Positions 41,685-57,675 of a stretch of DNA of 64,000 bases are shown piece by piece. Under the pieces are notes generated by a model, which ran no database searches, had not been told where the DNA came from, and saw nothing but the letters and a program-made list of their open reading frames with translations. The translations under genes were made by a program, and so were the position numbers. The first letter of the stretch is position 1. Each line of letters starts with the position of its first letter. This stretch comes from Octopus vulgaris (lineage: Eukaryota): contig OX597837.1 of assembly GCA_951406725.2 (NCBI GenBank), forward strand, positions 8,866,001 to 8,930,000, given 5' to 3'.

Positions 41685-41760
<76 letters not shown>

Positions 41761-42274
41761 TACTACTACTACTTATCATTATTATCATTATTGATAGTAG
41801 TAGTTGTACCATTACTACTACTACTACTGCTGCTGCTGCTGCCCCTGCTACTACAACTACTACTACGGCTCCTATAATACTATACTTGCTGCTGCTGCAA
41901 TTATCATTTTTGTTGTTGTTACTATTATTGTTATTATTATTGTAGGTTAAAAAAAAAATTTGCAAAGCTTTTGTTTCTCTATAGGAATGAGGTATATTTT
42001 GCGAAGAAAATAAAACCTAAGAATTATTAAATAAAAAAAAGGCGCAAATTTTGCAGATTTCATAAAACTATTCGAGTATATAAAAGTGACTCAACATCTG
42101 AAAATATACCCAGACTTACCCCACAACCTTCAACGTTAACCAAAAATAAAGATCTTGCTTGATACACAGGATTTTCAATGCTGAACATGATGCTTATGAA
42201 TGGTCTAAAACTCTTTCATATCCTAGTTTTGATTTTGCTTGCACTCTCCATTTTCATATATTTCCATATACGTA

Positions 42275-42440
42275 TATATACGAGGAGCTTCTTTCAGTTT
42301 CCGTCTACCAAATCCACTCTCAAGGCTTTGGTTGTCCCCAGTCTGTAGAAGATACATGTCAAATGTGCCACGTGGTGCGACTGAACACAGAATCACGTGG
42401 TTGGGAAGCAAGCGTCTTACCACACAGCCAGAGCAGCGCC
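42275..42440 (-). mobile_element. SINE family 1, 5' half
   Basis: gcttctttcagtttccgtctaccaaatccactc...cttaccacacagcc. Confidence 0.8.
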
Positions 42441-42524
42441 AATAATTTCTTTGACTAAATGTGGTGCCACAGCATGGCCGCAGTCAAATGACTGAAGCGA
42501 GTAACAGAACACAAGGATATATAT

Positions 42525-42593
<69 letters not shown>

Positions 42594-42625
42594 CTGCATA
42601 TGTATACAGGCACACAAACACACAC

Positions 42626-42661
<36 letters not shown>

Positions 42662-42667
<6 letters not shown>

Positions 42668-42800
42668 GACTAAAGCCATCTGAATATGGCTAGGGACAGG
42701 GCAGGGTGGTGGGGGTGTTACTGTTATATTTAGCCCCAACAGTAACACCCCCACCACCCTGCCCTGTCCCTAGCCATATTCAGATGGCTGTGTCCCTTAT
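42662..42800. repeat. Perfect 52-bp-arm inverted repeat with 12-bp spacer
   Basis: 42674-42725 is the reverse complement of 42738-42789; extends with ataagggac/gtcccttat. Confidence 0.93.
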
Positions 42801-43525
42801 GTTATCGAGCAGTTACTGTCTATATCTCTTTTAGAGAATTATTATTGCTATATATATATATATATACACATATATATATACATATATATATATACACACA
42901 CATGTATCTGCATATGTATACAGACACACAAACACACACACATATGTGTTTGTATATATATATATAACAATACGTACCAATGTATGCATAGAGGCATATA
43001 TATATATGTTTGTGTTTTTCTCTCTTAATTTAATGACTCTATCTATGATTCAGTGGTCGCCATATTTGAAATCGAAGAATATGTCAAAAGAAGGAAACAC
43101 GATATATTTGAAATACATTTAATTAAAAGTTTGAAACTGGACTACTTGTACTTTCTATTATTAATATTGCTTTTGTTGCTGTTGTTGTCCTTGTACTTTT
43201 ACTCATTCTTCTTTTGTTATTACCAGCATTACTTTTGTTGTTGTTGTAACCATCGTCGTCGCCATCAGCATCATCACTTCTACTATTCTCATCCTTAATA
43301 ATAACGAAATCAAGAGCGCCAACGACAATATATAAGAGGACGTGAGGCAAGCGAATGTTATGGAGAATGTTCCTTATTTTTTTCTGTCGCGTATTTAAAA
43401 GATATTTTTTAATAATTCCTATAGTTATTGAATCATAGCGTCGCCTGCTAACTGTTGCACTGCTTTGCTTTCACCGTGTTAAATATAATGCTTATACGAG
43501 TAAAGATATAACTTTTGCTTATCTG

Positions 43526-43613
<88 letters not shown>

Positions 43614-43617
<4 letters not shown>

Positions 43618-43820
43618 ATCCAAACAAGAAAACACTAAAAACACAACAACGCAAGGACGTGGAACAAATATAGTATTATTAGACGCTCAGGAAAGAAGGA
43701 AAGAAGGATGGTTTAACTTTTCGAGCGGAGCTCTTCGTCAGAAACATAGGAGAAGGAAAGATCCAGAGAAGGGAAGACAGAGGGAAAAAAATCGCCAACG
43801 GTACACACGAGGTCACATTT
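43614..43820 (-). mobile_element. Hammerhead-bearing short element (CUGACGA subfamily)
   Basis: Minus strand GTTT-CTGACGA-A-GAGC-TCC-GCTC-GAAA-A-GTT-AAAC (43711-43745); paralog of 2595-2800. Confidence 0.72.
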
Positions 43821-44629
43821 TATTCTATATATATATGAGAGGTATTGGTATACAGAAGTGGCAGGTAACGCTATGTAGTTAAACTGTAAAAGATTATCAT
43901 TAATTTGCTGTGAATAATAAACAATAATTAACCTCGCAATCTCCATTTTCTTCTTATTCTTTTATATGTACACACACATATATATATATATTTGAAAATT
44001 GTGCCAAAAATTGAAAGCAAAGACAGAGGGAACCACAAACAAGCTGCGTTAATTTTGACGCTCAAGATAAATTGAAGATTGCTTGTTGTTTCGTGCCTTT
44101 ACCCTTCTACAAAAACGAATGAGTAAAATAAAAACAAAAGAGAGGAAAAACATAAAAACGGAAGGTGAAAATCAGTGTCTGAACTGAAGGTTGCTCATGT
44201 GCAATATATACACCTATATACATACGAGCGTACACACGTATATAATTACACACGTATACATGCAAAAATGTATGCCTATTTGCACACATATGCACAAGTA
44301 TATCAATATTTTCGTTTGTTTCTGTGTATGTAAATTTTTTAATAAAAATGTCGTGTGTAGGACGGTGTAGCACTATCACCTTCGTCTACACATAATATAT
44401 TTATCAACGTAATATTTCATATTCATGATTCCGTTCAGGAATGATTCTAATATAGTGAGGTGGAGATGATTCTGTCGTTATATCAATTTAAATCTACACA
44501 CATACACACACACACATATATATATTTATATATACATATATACATACATACATGCATACATATATGTATGTATATGTATATGTGTACATATATTTTATGT
44601 ATGTATATATCTATCTATCTATCTATCTA

Positions 44630-44696
<67 letters not shown>

Positions 44697-45316
44697 ATGT
44701 ATATATATGCATATATCTATGTTTATATATATACGTGTGAGTATATACACACACACACTTTTATATCTATTAAATATTGCGTAGTTCACACGTATTTTTT
44801 GTAAAGATTTGTTCATATTTTTATTTCCGAATATGATCTGATTTATCACTCTGCAAATATGTACTTTTACAAGCAAGGGAATATTCCTGTCGTGATTAGC
44901 ATGCGCAAATGCATCTGATGATAATAGACTAATGCAATGAAAACCTGTTAAATATGTTGTTGCTGATGGAGACCAAAAAAAAAAAAGCCAGAAATAACAG
45001 TCATATCTTTAAGGATTTTCCACCCACTCACCTTTATCTGATAATTTGGATTATAACAGTAGAACGAAATATGACATACTGGAAATATATAAACCGTATT
45101 TGTTTATTTTTTATTTTTTAAAATAGCGTATAATTTATAGAAAAATTTTCAGTGCTATTTTCAGAGTAACCATATTGCTTCATCGATAGATGGACTCACT
45201 GATGGTGACGAGAGGGGAGAGGATGCAGGAGTACAGTTGTAGATTTCTCTATTACTTCATAAGTTGACCAAATAAGTTGGTCGACTAAGAGATTTGCGGG
45301 CGATGCCTTGATCATT

Positions 45317-45555
45317 CATCATCATCATTGTTCGACTGTGGTCGGGACAATGGAATTTACTATGTTACGCCAGACTTCACGGTCCATCATAGCATTACGG
45401 AGGTCCTGTTGCTGGATGCTTGTATCCCTGGAGATTACACCAGAGTAGGAGAGTGTGCGCCCTCTGGTATCGCGAGTAGATGGCTTCCAGAGTAGAAATT
45501 ACCTCGTTTTCAACTCTACAATAATGTCCAGCACACTGGACTCTTCTACCTTTCT
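45317..45555 (-). mobile_element. RTE-type LINE 3' end with (TGA)n tail
   Basis: KGRRVQCAGHYCRVENEV...LLWKPSTRDTRGRTLSY..VISRDTSIQQQDLRNAMMDREVWRNIV. Confidence 0.78.
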
Positions 45556-45569
45556 TGTTCATTGGAAGC

Positions 45570-45935
45570 CATCGATTTTGATTTATGGGGTCTTAAACTG
45601 AGTTACAGTTATTTCATTTTCTTCAATGATGGCACTGAGCAGTCGGCCACTTTTTTGTGTATTGCAGATGGAACCCCGCCTCTCAAACTTGTCACGTATT
45701 CTGTAAACGGCTAGGCTTGACGGAGCTGGTTTTGAAATTCTTTGAAATTCTTCAGTCCATTTGTCTAACCGTTTCTCCATTCTCTGTTTTACAGTACTAC
45801 TTGATTATCCATTTTCGTTCAGAATTAGTTAGAAACAACGCAAAGTCATAGAATTCTTTTCCTAAAAAAAAGAAATAAAGTCATGAAAAGAACATTCTGC
45901 TCATATTAAGAATCTACATTTTCCAACACCCGTAT
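45570..45935 (-). mobile_element. Tc1/mariner-superfamily 5' fragment (HTH region plus terminus)
   Basis: PAPSSLAVYRIRDKFERRGSICNTQKSGR; terminus TA-TACGGGTGTTGGAAAATG. Confidence 0.68.
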
Positions 45936-46744
45936 ATTCAATGGACATGGAGAAGAAGAAAGAATAAGAGAAAGATGGATAGTAACAGAGGGGAATAGTA
46001 CGCGAGATAGGCATAAATAAATAATAAATTGGCAAGAACATGTCCAAATAAAAGACTATTACTTATCTTATGTCCATGGGTTGGTATATATGATAAGTGA
46101 CACAGAAGCAGACACACACAAACACACACAAACACACACACACACAAACACAGGCAGACACACACAAACACACACACACAAACACAGGCAGACACACACA
46201 CACACATGCACACACATTATTTCAAGGGACACTATGCAACTTTAAATAAAATATAGTATTGTTAATTCGTACATAACAATGTTCGTGTACATGCGGACAT
46301 GAAAATACGATACGCTGGCAGAAGATGTCTCGACGTCCTTCAGAAACTATCGATGTAAACACAACATTACACCGTGATATGACGTCAATGAATCGTTGAC
46401 CGGAGGCGTTTCTGCATCGTCACACTTCATCATCTACGTATACTGAGAGGACTTTCCCGACTGTTAAGTATCAGCTGAGCTTAATCTAGAATGGAAAAGT
46501 ATTTTCAAGCTCAAATAAATTCATTAAGAGAACATGTAGCAGCATTGATTGAATTATAATTATATACAGTCGTGTTTAACATGTTCATGCACATTCAGAC
46601 ATGGAAAGACAATGCGCTGGGCCCGTTGTCTGTAGAAAAGAAATTCTCTCTATAGAAAACATTGTGTAAATACAACACTAGTTCCTAAACAATGTGACAG
46701 GTGTGCAAGACACTTGCACTTCTGCGTCGTTGCGCATTATCAGC

Positions 46745-47582
46745 TACATAGGAGTTGTGATCAATAGGTATCCAGACTGTTTCCAGCCGCTTGGCACGTT
46801 TTGATCTTGAACTCTGCTATGCAGACGCACTAAGACTTAACGTTCTAGTTCACATCGGCTGTTGAGAGTAATACTTGGAACAAAGGTGTATAGAGTACAT
46901 TGACCATTATAGAGAAAGATGACATGGCGATACCTGCTCAGAAGCCTACGCAACGTTGCAGAAAGTGTATGGTGAGGAGTGTATGAGCGGCGCAGAAGTG
47001 TACGAGTGGTACAGACGTTTCCAACATGGCTGGAAAGATGTCGATATTGACGAACGTTCTGGGAGACCCGAAACCACCAGAAAAAAAACGTCGCAGATAT
47101 GCGTGCAACTGTGAGAGGAAGTTGTCGAATCACCATGCGTGAGTTATCAGAAGACGTGCAGATTAATTACGGTTCAGTTCAGTCCATTATGACTGAAGAT
47201 TTGGATATGAGACGCGTGTCTGCCATGCTTGTGCCAAAACTGCTTTCAACTAACCAAAATGACACTCGGACTTCAGTTGCACAAGATCTCCTTGATTGTG
47301 TCGAGAACGATGAAATCTTTGAAAACCTTGCATAGGCCGCTGAGCAGGTACTTGCTGCAGATTCTCTGCTTAACTTTTTGTCATGGTTAACGCGATGATC
47401 ACAGGCTATACACCTTCACTCGAAGCATTGCTGTAAACAGCGGAAGAGATCTAGGACGTTAAACTTTAGTACGTATGCATATCAGAGTTCCAGGACAATC
47501 TGTTGCAAATGGCCTCACTTTGCTTGCTTTAGCTCCGATACTATAGCAGCAGTCTGGATACTTATTGATCAGACCTATTATA
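46745..47582 (+). mobile_element. Internally deleted mariner element with TIRs
   Basis: tgatcaataggtatccagactg / cagtctggatacttattgatca; SEAYATLQKVYGEECMS.AEVYEWYRRFQHG..DVDIDERSGRP and RITMRELSE...DLDMRRVSAMLVPKLL. Confidence 0.9.
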
Positions 47583-47754
47583 CAGAGCCATCGCTTACGG
47601 GTACGAAGATCTGATCGCTCTTATATTAGAACAGACTGCTAAATAACTATATTGCATTCAGCACTATGTACTGTGCTGGAATTTGTTTTTCTTTTCCATC
47701 TTGGCCAAATATTTCGCACATGAGCAAACGCTTTTTTACTATTCTAATATAAGT

Positions 47755-47940
47755 ACATCTCGTCTGTCTTTATGTTCTGAGTTCAAATTCTGTCTGTCTT
47801 TACGTTCTGAGTTCAAATCCGACTTTGTCTTTCATCATTTCAGGGTCGATAAATTAAGTACCAGTTGTGTACTGGGATCGATCTATTCGACTGGCCCTTT
47901 CCCCAAAACTCCGGGACTTGTGTCTAAACTAGAAAAGAAC
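47755..47940 (+). mobile_element. SINE family 2, truncated, with a short internal duplication
   Basis: gtctgtcttta.gttctgagttcaaat occurs twice; gggtcgataaattaagtaccag. Confidence 0.75.
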
Positions 47941-48289
47941 ATAAGTACCACATCATACAATAAACCACTCACATTTTGAGCGTACAAGAAGAATCAAAAG
48001 GACATTTCCCTACTATTTCTAGCAGGCCGGATAAATAAGTAGCGACCCTTTTTCCGCTCGATATTTTTTCATATAAATATAATCATTTGACAAATTTTGT
48101 TAATTTTGATTTCAGTTAAACCAATATCTACGTCTGCTATAAAGTATTTATTCACAGTCTGTCACTCTGAATATAGTGTTTGTTTTTGCTTGAATTGTTG
48201 CGTTGTAAAATAAACTAGACACCTTATACAGTACAATGTAAATAAGGTACGATTCCTCATGTATCTATATACGTATAGGTATGTATGTA

Positions 48290-48355
<66 letters not shown>

Positions 48356-48466
48356 AAGATATATATATATATGTATATATATACATATATGTATATATAT
48401 ATGTATATATACGCACATATATATATATAGATATAAATTTACGTATGTATATATACATATACATAC

Positions 48467-48513
<47 letters not shown>

Positions 48514-48783
48514 ATTTGTATATATATATATATATAGGTAGATAGATATGCATATATATATCTATACGTTTATACATATATATATTTATACATATGTATT
48601 TATATATATGTATACACATTTGAATTTATATATGTGTGTATATGTGTATGTATGACTGTTTCAAGTCAAGGCAATTAAATACGTAACTAATACACATATA
48701 ACTAGCATATATTGATAGATATATATATGTGTATGTGTGCGTATGTGTGTGCGTGTGTATGTGCGTATACATATATACATACG

Positions 48784-48831
<48 letters not shown>

Positions 48832-49139
48832 TGTTCGTTTGGGTGGGTATACGTGTGCACACCTGTTTATACATTTCTGTCCGTGAGTATATATGCGAGT
48901 TAGGGGTGATTGTTACATCATTCTGTCTTGTATGCGAGATGCAGAGAGAGAGAAAGACAGTCACATTCACGTTTAAATATATTATGTAATATAAATGCAT
49001 ATCCGCAACATTTTCTGCTCATCTTATTTAATATTTATTTGTTTCACATCTATGACGTAAATTAAAATTCAAAATCGATAGATACACACAGATACACGCA
49101 CACACACATAAAGACGGCAATATACATGTGTTTGGATAT

Positions 49140-49184
<45 letters not shown>

Positions 49185-49317
49185 TATGCATGTATATATA
49201 TGTATGTATATAAATATATATATATATACATATATATAGAAGCATGTGTATATACCTACACGCACATACACACACGTGTGTATAAAGTATATATAGGCAT
49301 GGTCACCTAGGTATATG

Positions 49318-49358
<41 letters not shown>

Positions 49359-49779
49359 ATGTATATATGTACATATATATGTATACATATATGCATACAT
49401 AGTAATATACATATACACATACATATGTATCTGTGTATTTTCATATATATAAATTTATACGTAGATGCCATTACCCATGCATATACATACATACATGCAT
49501 ATATACATACATACATGCATACATACATACATGCATATACACACATATATGCAAATGTAGAATTTTACATGTATATACAAAAATGCCAACAAACTGGATC
49601 GACTCTGAAATGACACACACACATATGTATATATATGTTTGTAGATATGTAAATATAAGTATGTATGTGTGTATGCATATATCTATGGAGATATATACAT
49701 ATCTACAAATGTATATGTATAAACATGTGTGGGTAAGATATGTGTGTGCGTATTGTTATATTTACGTCCATATTACTAC

Positions 49780-49855
49780 ATTATTATTATTATTATTGTT
49801 ATTATTATTATTATTATTATCATTATTGTTGTTGTTGTTGTTATTATTATTATTA

Positions 49856-49935
<80 letters not shown>

Positions 49936-50064
49936 GTCGTTAGTATTATTATTATTATTATTACTATTAATAATATTAATATTATTAATAGCAGCAGCAA
50001 TCACTGTAGAAGCTACTCTTACAGTAGTAGCAGCAGCAGCATTAGTAGTAGTAGTAGCAGCAGC

Positions 50065-50152
<88 letters not shown>

Positions 50153-50200
50153 CCGGCAGCAGTAGTAGTTGATATTGTAGCTGTTGTTGTTGTTGTTATT
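49780..50200. repeat. (TAT)n/(GTA)n microsatellites
   Basis: Direct reading. Confidence 0.95.
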
Positions 50201-50420
50201 TTTGTATAATTTTGCTTTGAAACGAATAGATCGGAAATATATTTAATGAAATTTTAGACAAGAAAAAGACCAAAAAAAAAACATATGAAAAAGAAGAAAG
50301 AAATGTCACACTCATAAATAAATGAATAAATGAAAATCAATAATGCCAAAATATATCTAAAAATGATTTTTAAGTACATATACATACATATATATATATA
50401 CATATATATATATATTTATA

Positions 50421-50472
<52 letters not shown>

Positions 50473-50869
50473 CACATATATGTATAACTTTATATATATA
50501 TATACACACACATATGTATTCTCACGCATTCATATATACAATTCCCGCCGCGCATATACATCGAGATTTTTAATACATACACATGCGCATGAACGTACAT
50601 GCTACAAGTTACATACATACATACACATATGTAAAGAAATTCATATATCGACTGACTGTGATTGCTTAATGAAAATCCAATAAAAAAATATTTTGGAGGG
50701 AAAACATACATATGGAACAAATTTCGAAGAAAAGCTGGTGATGATGATGATGATGACGATTACGATTATGATGGTGGTGATGGTGATTGTTGTGATGAGG
50801 TTAATGATGATAATGATGGCTATGCTGACAACGATGTTGCCGACGGGGACGCTGTTAACAACAGCAAGA

Positions 50870-50902
50870 ACAACAATGACAATAATAATAGTAATAATAA
50901 TA

Positions 50903-50933
<31 letters not shown>

Positions 50934-50992
50934 TGATGATAATATTAATAATAACAATAATAATAATAGTAATGACAATATTAATAATAACA

Positions 50993-51029
<37 letters not shown>

Positions 51030-51049
51030 TGATGATGATAATAATAATG

Positions 51050-51083
<34 letters not shown>

Positions 51084-51136
51084 TAATATTAATAATAACA
51101 ATAATAATAATAGTAATGACAATATTAATAATAACA

Positions 51137-51179
<43 letters not shown>

Positions 51180-51197
51180 TGATGATAATATTAATAC

Positions 51198-51263
<66 letters not shown>

Positions 51264-51290
51264 TAATAATAATAATAATAATAATAATAG
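50870..51290. repeat. Compound (AAT)n array with a higher-order duplicated block
   Basis: gataatattaataataacaataataataatagtaatgacaatatt at 50938 and 51082. Confidence 0.92.
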
Positions 51291-51835
51291 CAGTACCAGG
51301 CAGTGGCTCTCATGGCTTCTGATCTTAACTGATTGGAAGTGTTATTATGTACATTGTTTTGTCTTGGTATAAAAGATGGGCTACAGCAAATATTCTGCTC
51401 AATACTACAGATTTGCTTGTCAGATGTTTGACCTTAACCAGTTGAGCATTTCCCTTAGTGGCTGACGATATGTGCATCTCTGATCACGAGCAGAAGTAGT
51501 GGGGGAGCATCATAGCCATGTGTTGAGAGGGATTCTTTGGGGTTTGAATAATTCACCTTTGGGAACAGGGGTGTTTCGTTCAACATCCTTAAACAACCCT
51601 TATTCAGGGTCCTTTTGAGAAGGATGGGCCACTCGACCAGAACAAAATTCTAACTGGGCCCCACCTGGAAGGTCATGTGTTGTTTATCTTGATATGAGAT
51701 CACCATGTCGCGCACATATGGTTGTGATGCATGTGCCTGGTGTACCCTTATCAGACGGGTAGTCATGATGGGTATATTGAGCTTCGTATATTTTACCCCA
51801 GGGTCATTTTGATGACATGAGCTGCTCTCTTACTC

Positions 51836-51838
<3 letters not shown>
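51291..51838 (+). mobile_element. Non-coding retroelement segment (probable LINE 3' UTR) embedded in (TAA)n
   Basis: Flanked by (AAT)n on both sides and ends tactc(aat)n; homologous copies at 56375-56760 (minus) and 30327-30408. Confidence 0.8.
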
Positions 51839-51917
<79 letters not shown>

Positions 51918-51918
<1 letters not shown>

Positions 51919-52125
51919 TAGAGTGCAAACCATGCTGGATCATATATTTAGCATGTCCAGGTGACAACAAGTTATGCGAAGGAAGAAAGAAAAGTCGATA
52001 GGCATGACAGGTTAGCTTGGGGGATAAAGCAGTTGTGGTTGATGGAAAAAGTGATAGTGGTACCAATTACTGTCGGAGCCCTGGGAACAGTGAGTAAGAA
52101 TCTCTAGAAACACATGGAACAAGTG
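51918..52125 (+). mobile_element. R4/Dong-like RLE fragment
   Basis: CWIIYLACPGDNKL...KVDRHDRLAWGIKQLWLMEKVIVVPITVGALGTVSKNL. Confidence 0.78.
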
Positions 52126-52680
52126 ACTTCACAACTCATTTTTATGGATGCGTGAACTACAACAACGTAAAATAAAGTGTCTTGCTCAAGAACACAACAC
52201 TCAGCCAGGTCCTGGAATCGAACAGTTGGTCTCACACGACATTTTCTTCCAATTCCCTCCATATAACATGCTTGGAATATCGAGTTTGCTGAAGCGTTGG
52301 CGGATATTTCACAGTAAATAGGTATGGTTACTGCTTTATTGCAACTATGTTTTTTGTTTGACAATGAGGAAATATTCGGCCAAAGGAGTTTTGCACCGCG
52401 AATATCTCTGCCGATCACGGATCGCGGTTTTCTATCAGTCGATTGGACAGCACAGGCGAGGGTACGTTGTCTTGTATTCTGCGGAAGACTTGTGTTGCAT
52501 AAACTCCATAGCAATCAAAGGAATAAACTATTCCAGAGGACCTTTAGCCTGTGGGCAATTTCTAGAAATCTCTAAATTAGCGTTACTAAAATATTGCCAT
52601 TTTGTACTAAATTCAACAATGAATGTAACACGGTCAACTGACCGTATTTCAGATGCTCGCAGAACGATAAAGCCATTATG

Positions 52681-52713
<33 letters not shown>

Positions 52714-53397
52714 ACGCACGTACGCACAAACAAAAACACACACACAACTCGCAATGTTTTAGCTTCGATGCCTATTGATATATATTGAAGAAATTTCGTA
52801 TACAAAAGGATTCCGGCTAGCAGCTGAGATCATCATATGACATCTCACATTGTCTGACTTGTGACAGGATAGGGCAAACTGTTTTCTTCTGTCTCTGAAG
52901 CAACAGTAAAACAAGTTGTATGGTGTACAACATGAAAGGGATAAATACAAAGAATTTTATTCTTCGATTTCTCATTCATCGATTAATTCAAGATTCAGCT
53001 TGAGACAAAGGTATCTGTATAGATAGTGTTTTTCTTCATTATCGTATATACAGAGAAAGGTGTTGAAAATATGAAACAAACTTCAGGGCATATACACATC
53101 ACACGCCTTTAGATCGGAGAACACTGCTGGAGGACGACAACTTTGGTAGTACGGAAACAGAAGTTCTGAAGGGTTTCCTCAGTGAGGCCAAATTGACGTC
53201 TCCTACTTGTGTACCGTTTCCCTTATATCTTCATATTGTTTTACTTCTGTAGTTTTCTTAGATCTTCCTTTATTCCATTTTCTAAGATCCACCAACACAC
53301 GGCCGTACTGCAATTTCTTCCAAAAATGTCACATCATATCTTGACACTGAAGAAACATATGGATACACTAATCCTACTTCTTCCTCTCCTTTTTCTT

Positions 53398-54480
<1,083 letters not shown>

Positions 54481-54737
54481 TGATATTGTTGTTCTTATGG
54501 TAATAGTGTTGTGCGTTGCCAAAAGAACCAAATTAGATTACGCTCTAATGCATACGTGATGGCATATTTTCTAAATCTCTGAGACATTAATTCATTAACT
54601 CTTCAAGAAGAAGAATTACGAACCAATAAAGGAGTACACACACACACATATGCATACATACATATGCATACATACGTACATACAAACATATATACACATA
54701 TATGCATATATATACATATATATATATATAAATATCA

Positions 54738-54768
<31 letters not shown>

Positions 54769-55522
54769 CATATTTGTATGTATGTAAGTCTGAATGTATG
54801 TATGTGTGTATATGTATATATAAGTATATATATGTATGTATATATATACCTATGTATACATGTATATATATATGTATGCCTATGTGTATATATATATATA
54901 TATATACATATACGCATACAAATATGTGTGTAAGTACATGCATATATTTATCTATTTATCTATCCATATACATAAATATATATATATACTTACATACGTA
55001 CATACATAAATACATACGTACATACTTATATGCATAAATACTTACATGCATGCATACATACACACACAACAGTCATTCAAAAAGAAATTTATTAGAAATA
55101 ATTTTTATTAAAAAAATTATAGAAACGGAAAAAAATTGACGAAACATAAAGAAAAATTAAACACTAGTGTATACAGATAGAGGCAATCGCAGAAATACAC
55201 ATTCAAAAACATTTATGCATACATGCAGACGCACATATATGCACTCATATATGTATATATATATATATTCATGCGTCTGGGTGGATGTGCTCGCCCGTAT
55301 ATATGTATAAATTTGTACAGAGAGATTTCCAGATAGAAACACATGCATATATATATATACACGCACAAGTAAAATTGTGATAAAATTCCCAAAGTGATAG
55401 TAATAATGATAATATTAATAATAAATATAAAACTTTTCATAGTAATGCGCTGAAAGTGACGCTGCTGTTGTGGGGGGTTTTTCTGCTCCTGTTGGTGATG
55501 CTGGTGATGACGATGTAGTTGG

Positions 55523-55611
<89 letters not shown>

Positions 55612-56374
55612 GTTGTGGTGGTGGTGGAGGTCGCGACGGCGCTAGTGGTGGTGGTGATGATGATGATAGTGAAGATGATGATGCTGACGAGAGTGATGAT
55701 GATTATTTTTGAGTATAACATTAATATTAATTAAAATAACGATGACGTCGGAGACGATAATGATGATGATGATGATGATAATGGTAATGGTTCGGGAAGA
55801 TTGGGAGGAGGATAAGGTGGGTGATTATTATTATGATGTACTCTGCTACTTTCTATTGTGATGTTGATGCTGACTACGATGATGATGATGATGATGACGA
55901 TCATATTTAAACCTAATATTTTGTTAATTTATTATTATAATCATTATTTATAGTTAACATAAAGATTACTATCAGCATCATCATCATCATCATAACCATC
56001 ATGAACACCATCATCATCATCATCTACAATATCATCATCATCCTCATCATTATCACCATCATCATCATCGTCGTCGTCGTTCTTGTTGTTGTTGTCGTTC
56101 GATTTTATTGCAATTTACGCTGTTTTAGATATGTTGATAAAATATCTGTCTTCGGCAGTGTCTTCTCGGCATTATAAATATTACGTTATTAATACATTAA
56201 TATTATAGCTTTTTTTTAAAACAACTTTGTCATATTAATATTATTTTGTTCAGGTACAAACTTTTGTAAATTGCGTGCATTTACTGAAGTAACGAGTGCG
56301 GTTCTGTGTGCTTCTTTATCGGGCATTTATTGTTCTTTGTTTTGTTGTTGGTTTTGTTATTCAGTGAGAGAAGT

Positions 56375-56760
56375 GCATTCCATCAGTGACAATGGAGTAA
56401 AATATACGCAGCCCTATATAGCCATCATAGCTACCCATCTGATAACGGTACGGCAGATACATGCATCACATCCATACGTAGTCGACATGGTGATCTCATA
56501 TCAAGATAACGGTGCATGTTCTTGCAGGTGGGGCTCAGTTAGAAATTTCTACAGGTTGAGTAGCCTATCATGCTCGAAATGTTGAACGAAACACTTATGT
56601 TTCCGGAGGTGAAATATTTAAACTTCAAAGAAATCCTTTCAACACATGGCTATGATGCTCCCCCACTACTTCTGCTCGTGATCAGAGATGCACATATCGT
56701 CTGCCTTCAAGGGACATGCTCAACTGGTTAAGGTCAAACAAATGACAAGCAAATCTGTCA
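56375..56760 (-). mobile_element. Copy of the (TAA)n-associated retroelement segment
   Basis: Reverse complement of ~51408-51815 (caacacatggctatgatgctcccccactacttctgctcgtgatcagagatgcacatatcg). Confidence 0.82.
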
Positions 56761-57471
56761 TCTGTTTGACCTTCTGACTTTGTTCTGAGTTCAAATTTTA
56801 CCGAGGTCGACTTTGCCTTTTATCATTTCGAGATTGATAAAATATGTACCTATTGAGTACTGGGGTCGATGTAATCATCTTCACCTTCCCTTTGCTTCGT
56901 GCCAAAATTTGAAATCAGTATCATTTTAAAATGGAAACATTAGGATAAATGATGCGTTCATTGATGGAAGGGTTTTATAAGAAAAACAAAGAAGGAAAGA
57001 AAGGAATGAAAAAAATTCATTAATCTTCAAATTAATTTCTCGAAAATTTACTTTGAAAGTTTATAGTTGTCAGTAGTTGTGAAGATCGATATTACGGTTG
57101 TCGTAACACTGAATATCAATCTGAATTATCGTTAACTTAAAATGAAAAATAATAATTAACTACGATGTAACACCTAGTTTTGAGGCCAATTGCCAACATC
57201 GCTACTGTTTAGGGTAGAAAGCTTTATTTATTCCGACTCTCTCTTTTCCGAGTTCCATTGGCGCTTAGTTTAAAAAAAAACTGCCTTTCATTCTTCCAGT
57301 AACAATAAAACAAGCATGTGTTAAGAGCAGGATTTTCTATATTATTTCATGTGAGATCGAGTGTCATAGGTTACTAAACTAGGTAAGCATAAGTCTGCTA
57401 GGAACAGCAATTGTTCCTAATAAATTATACTGAAATCAAACCAAAATATCACAAGAATAAATTTACGAAAT

Positions 57472-57675
57472 AACGGAGATGTACTTGCATAGCAAGTGAC
57501 CTGATCTGAGATCGTGTGCTGGAACGAAAACAATTGCAGCGTGGAAAGTGTTTATAAGCCTTTTAAGAAATACACAAAAACCGTCAGATTCACTTCAGCA
57601 TTTAAGTTTAATTTACCAAAATATTTTCGTCGCTTTGAGACCGCGACCTGTTCACTGACAAAATTCCGTGCTGCC
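57472..57675 (-). mobile_element. 204-bp insertion with 10-bp TSD and a hammerhead-shaped fold with non-canonical core
   Basis: tttacgaaat at 57462-71 and 57676-85; minus strand TTGTCA-GTGAACAG-GTCGC-GGTCTCAAA-GCGAC-GAAA-ATATTT-TGGTAA. Confidence 0.6.
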
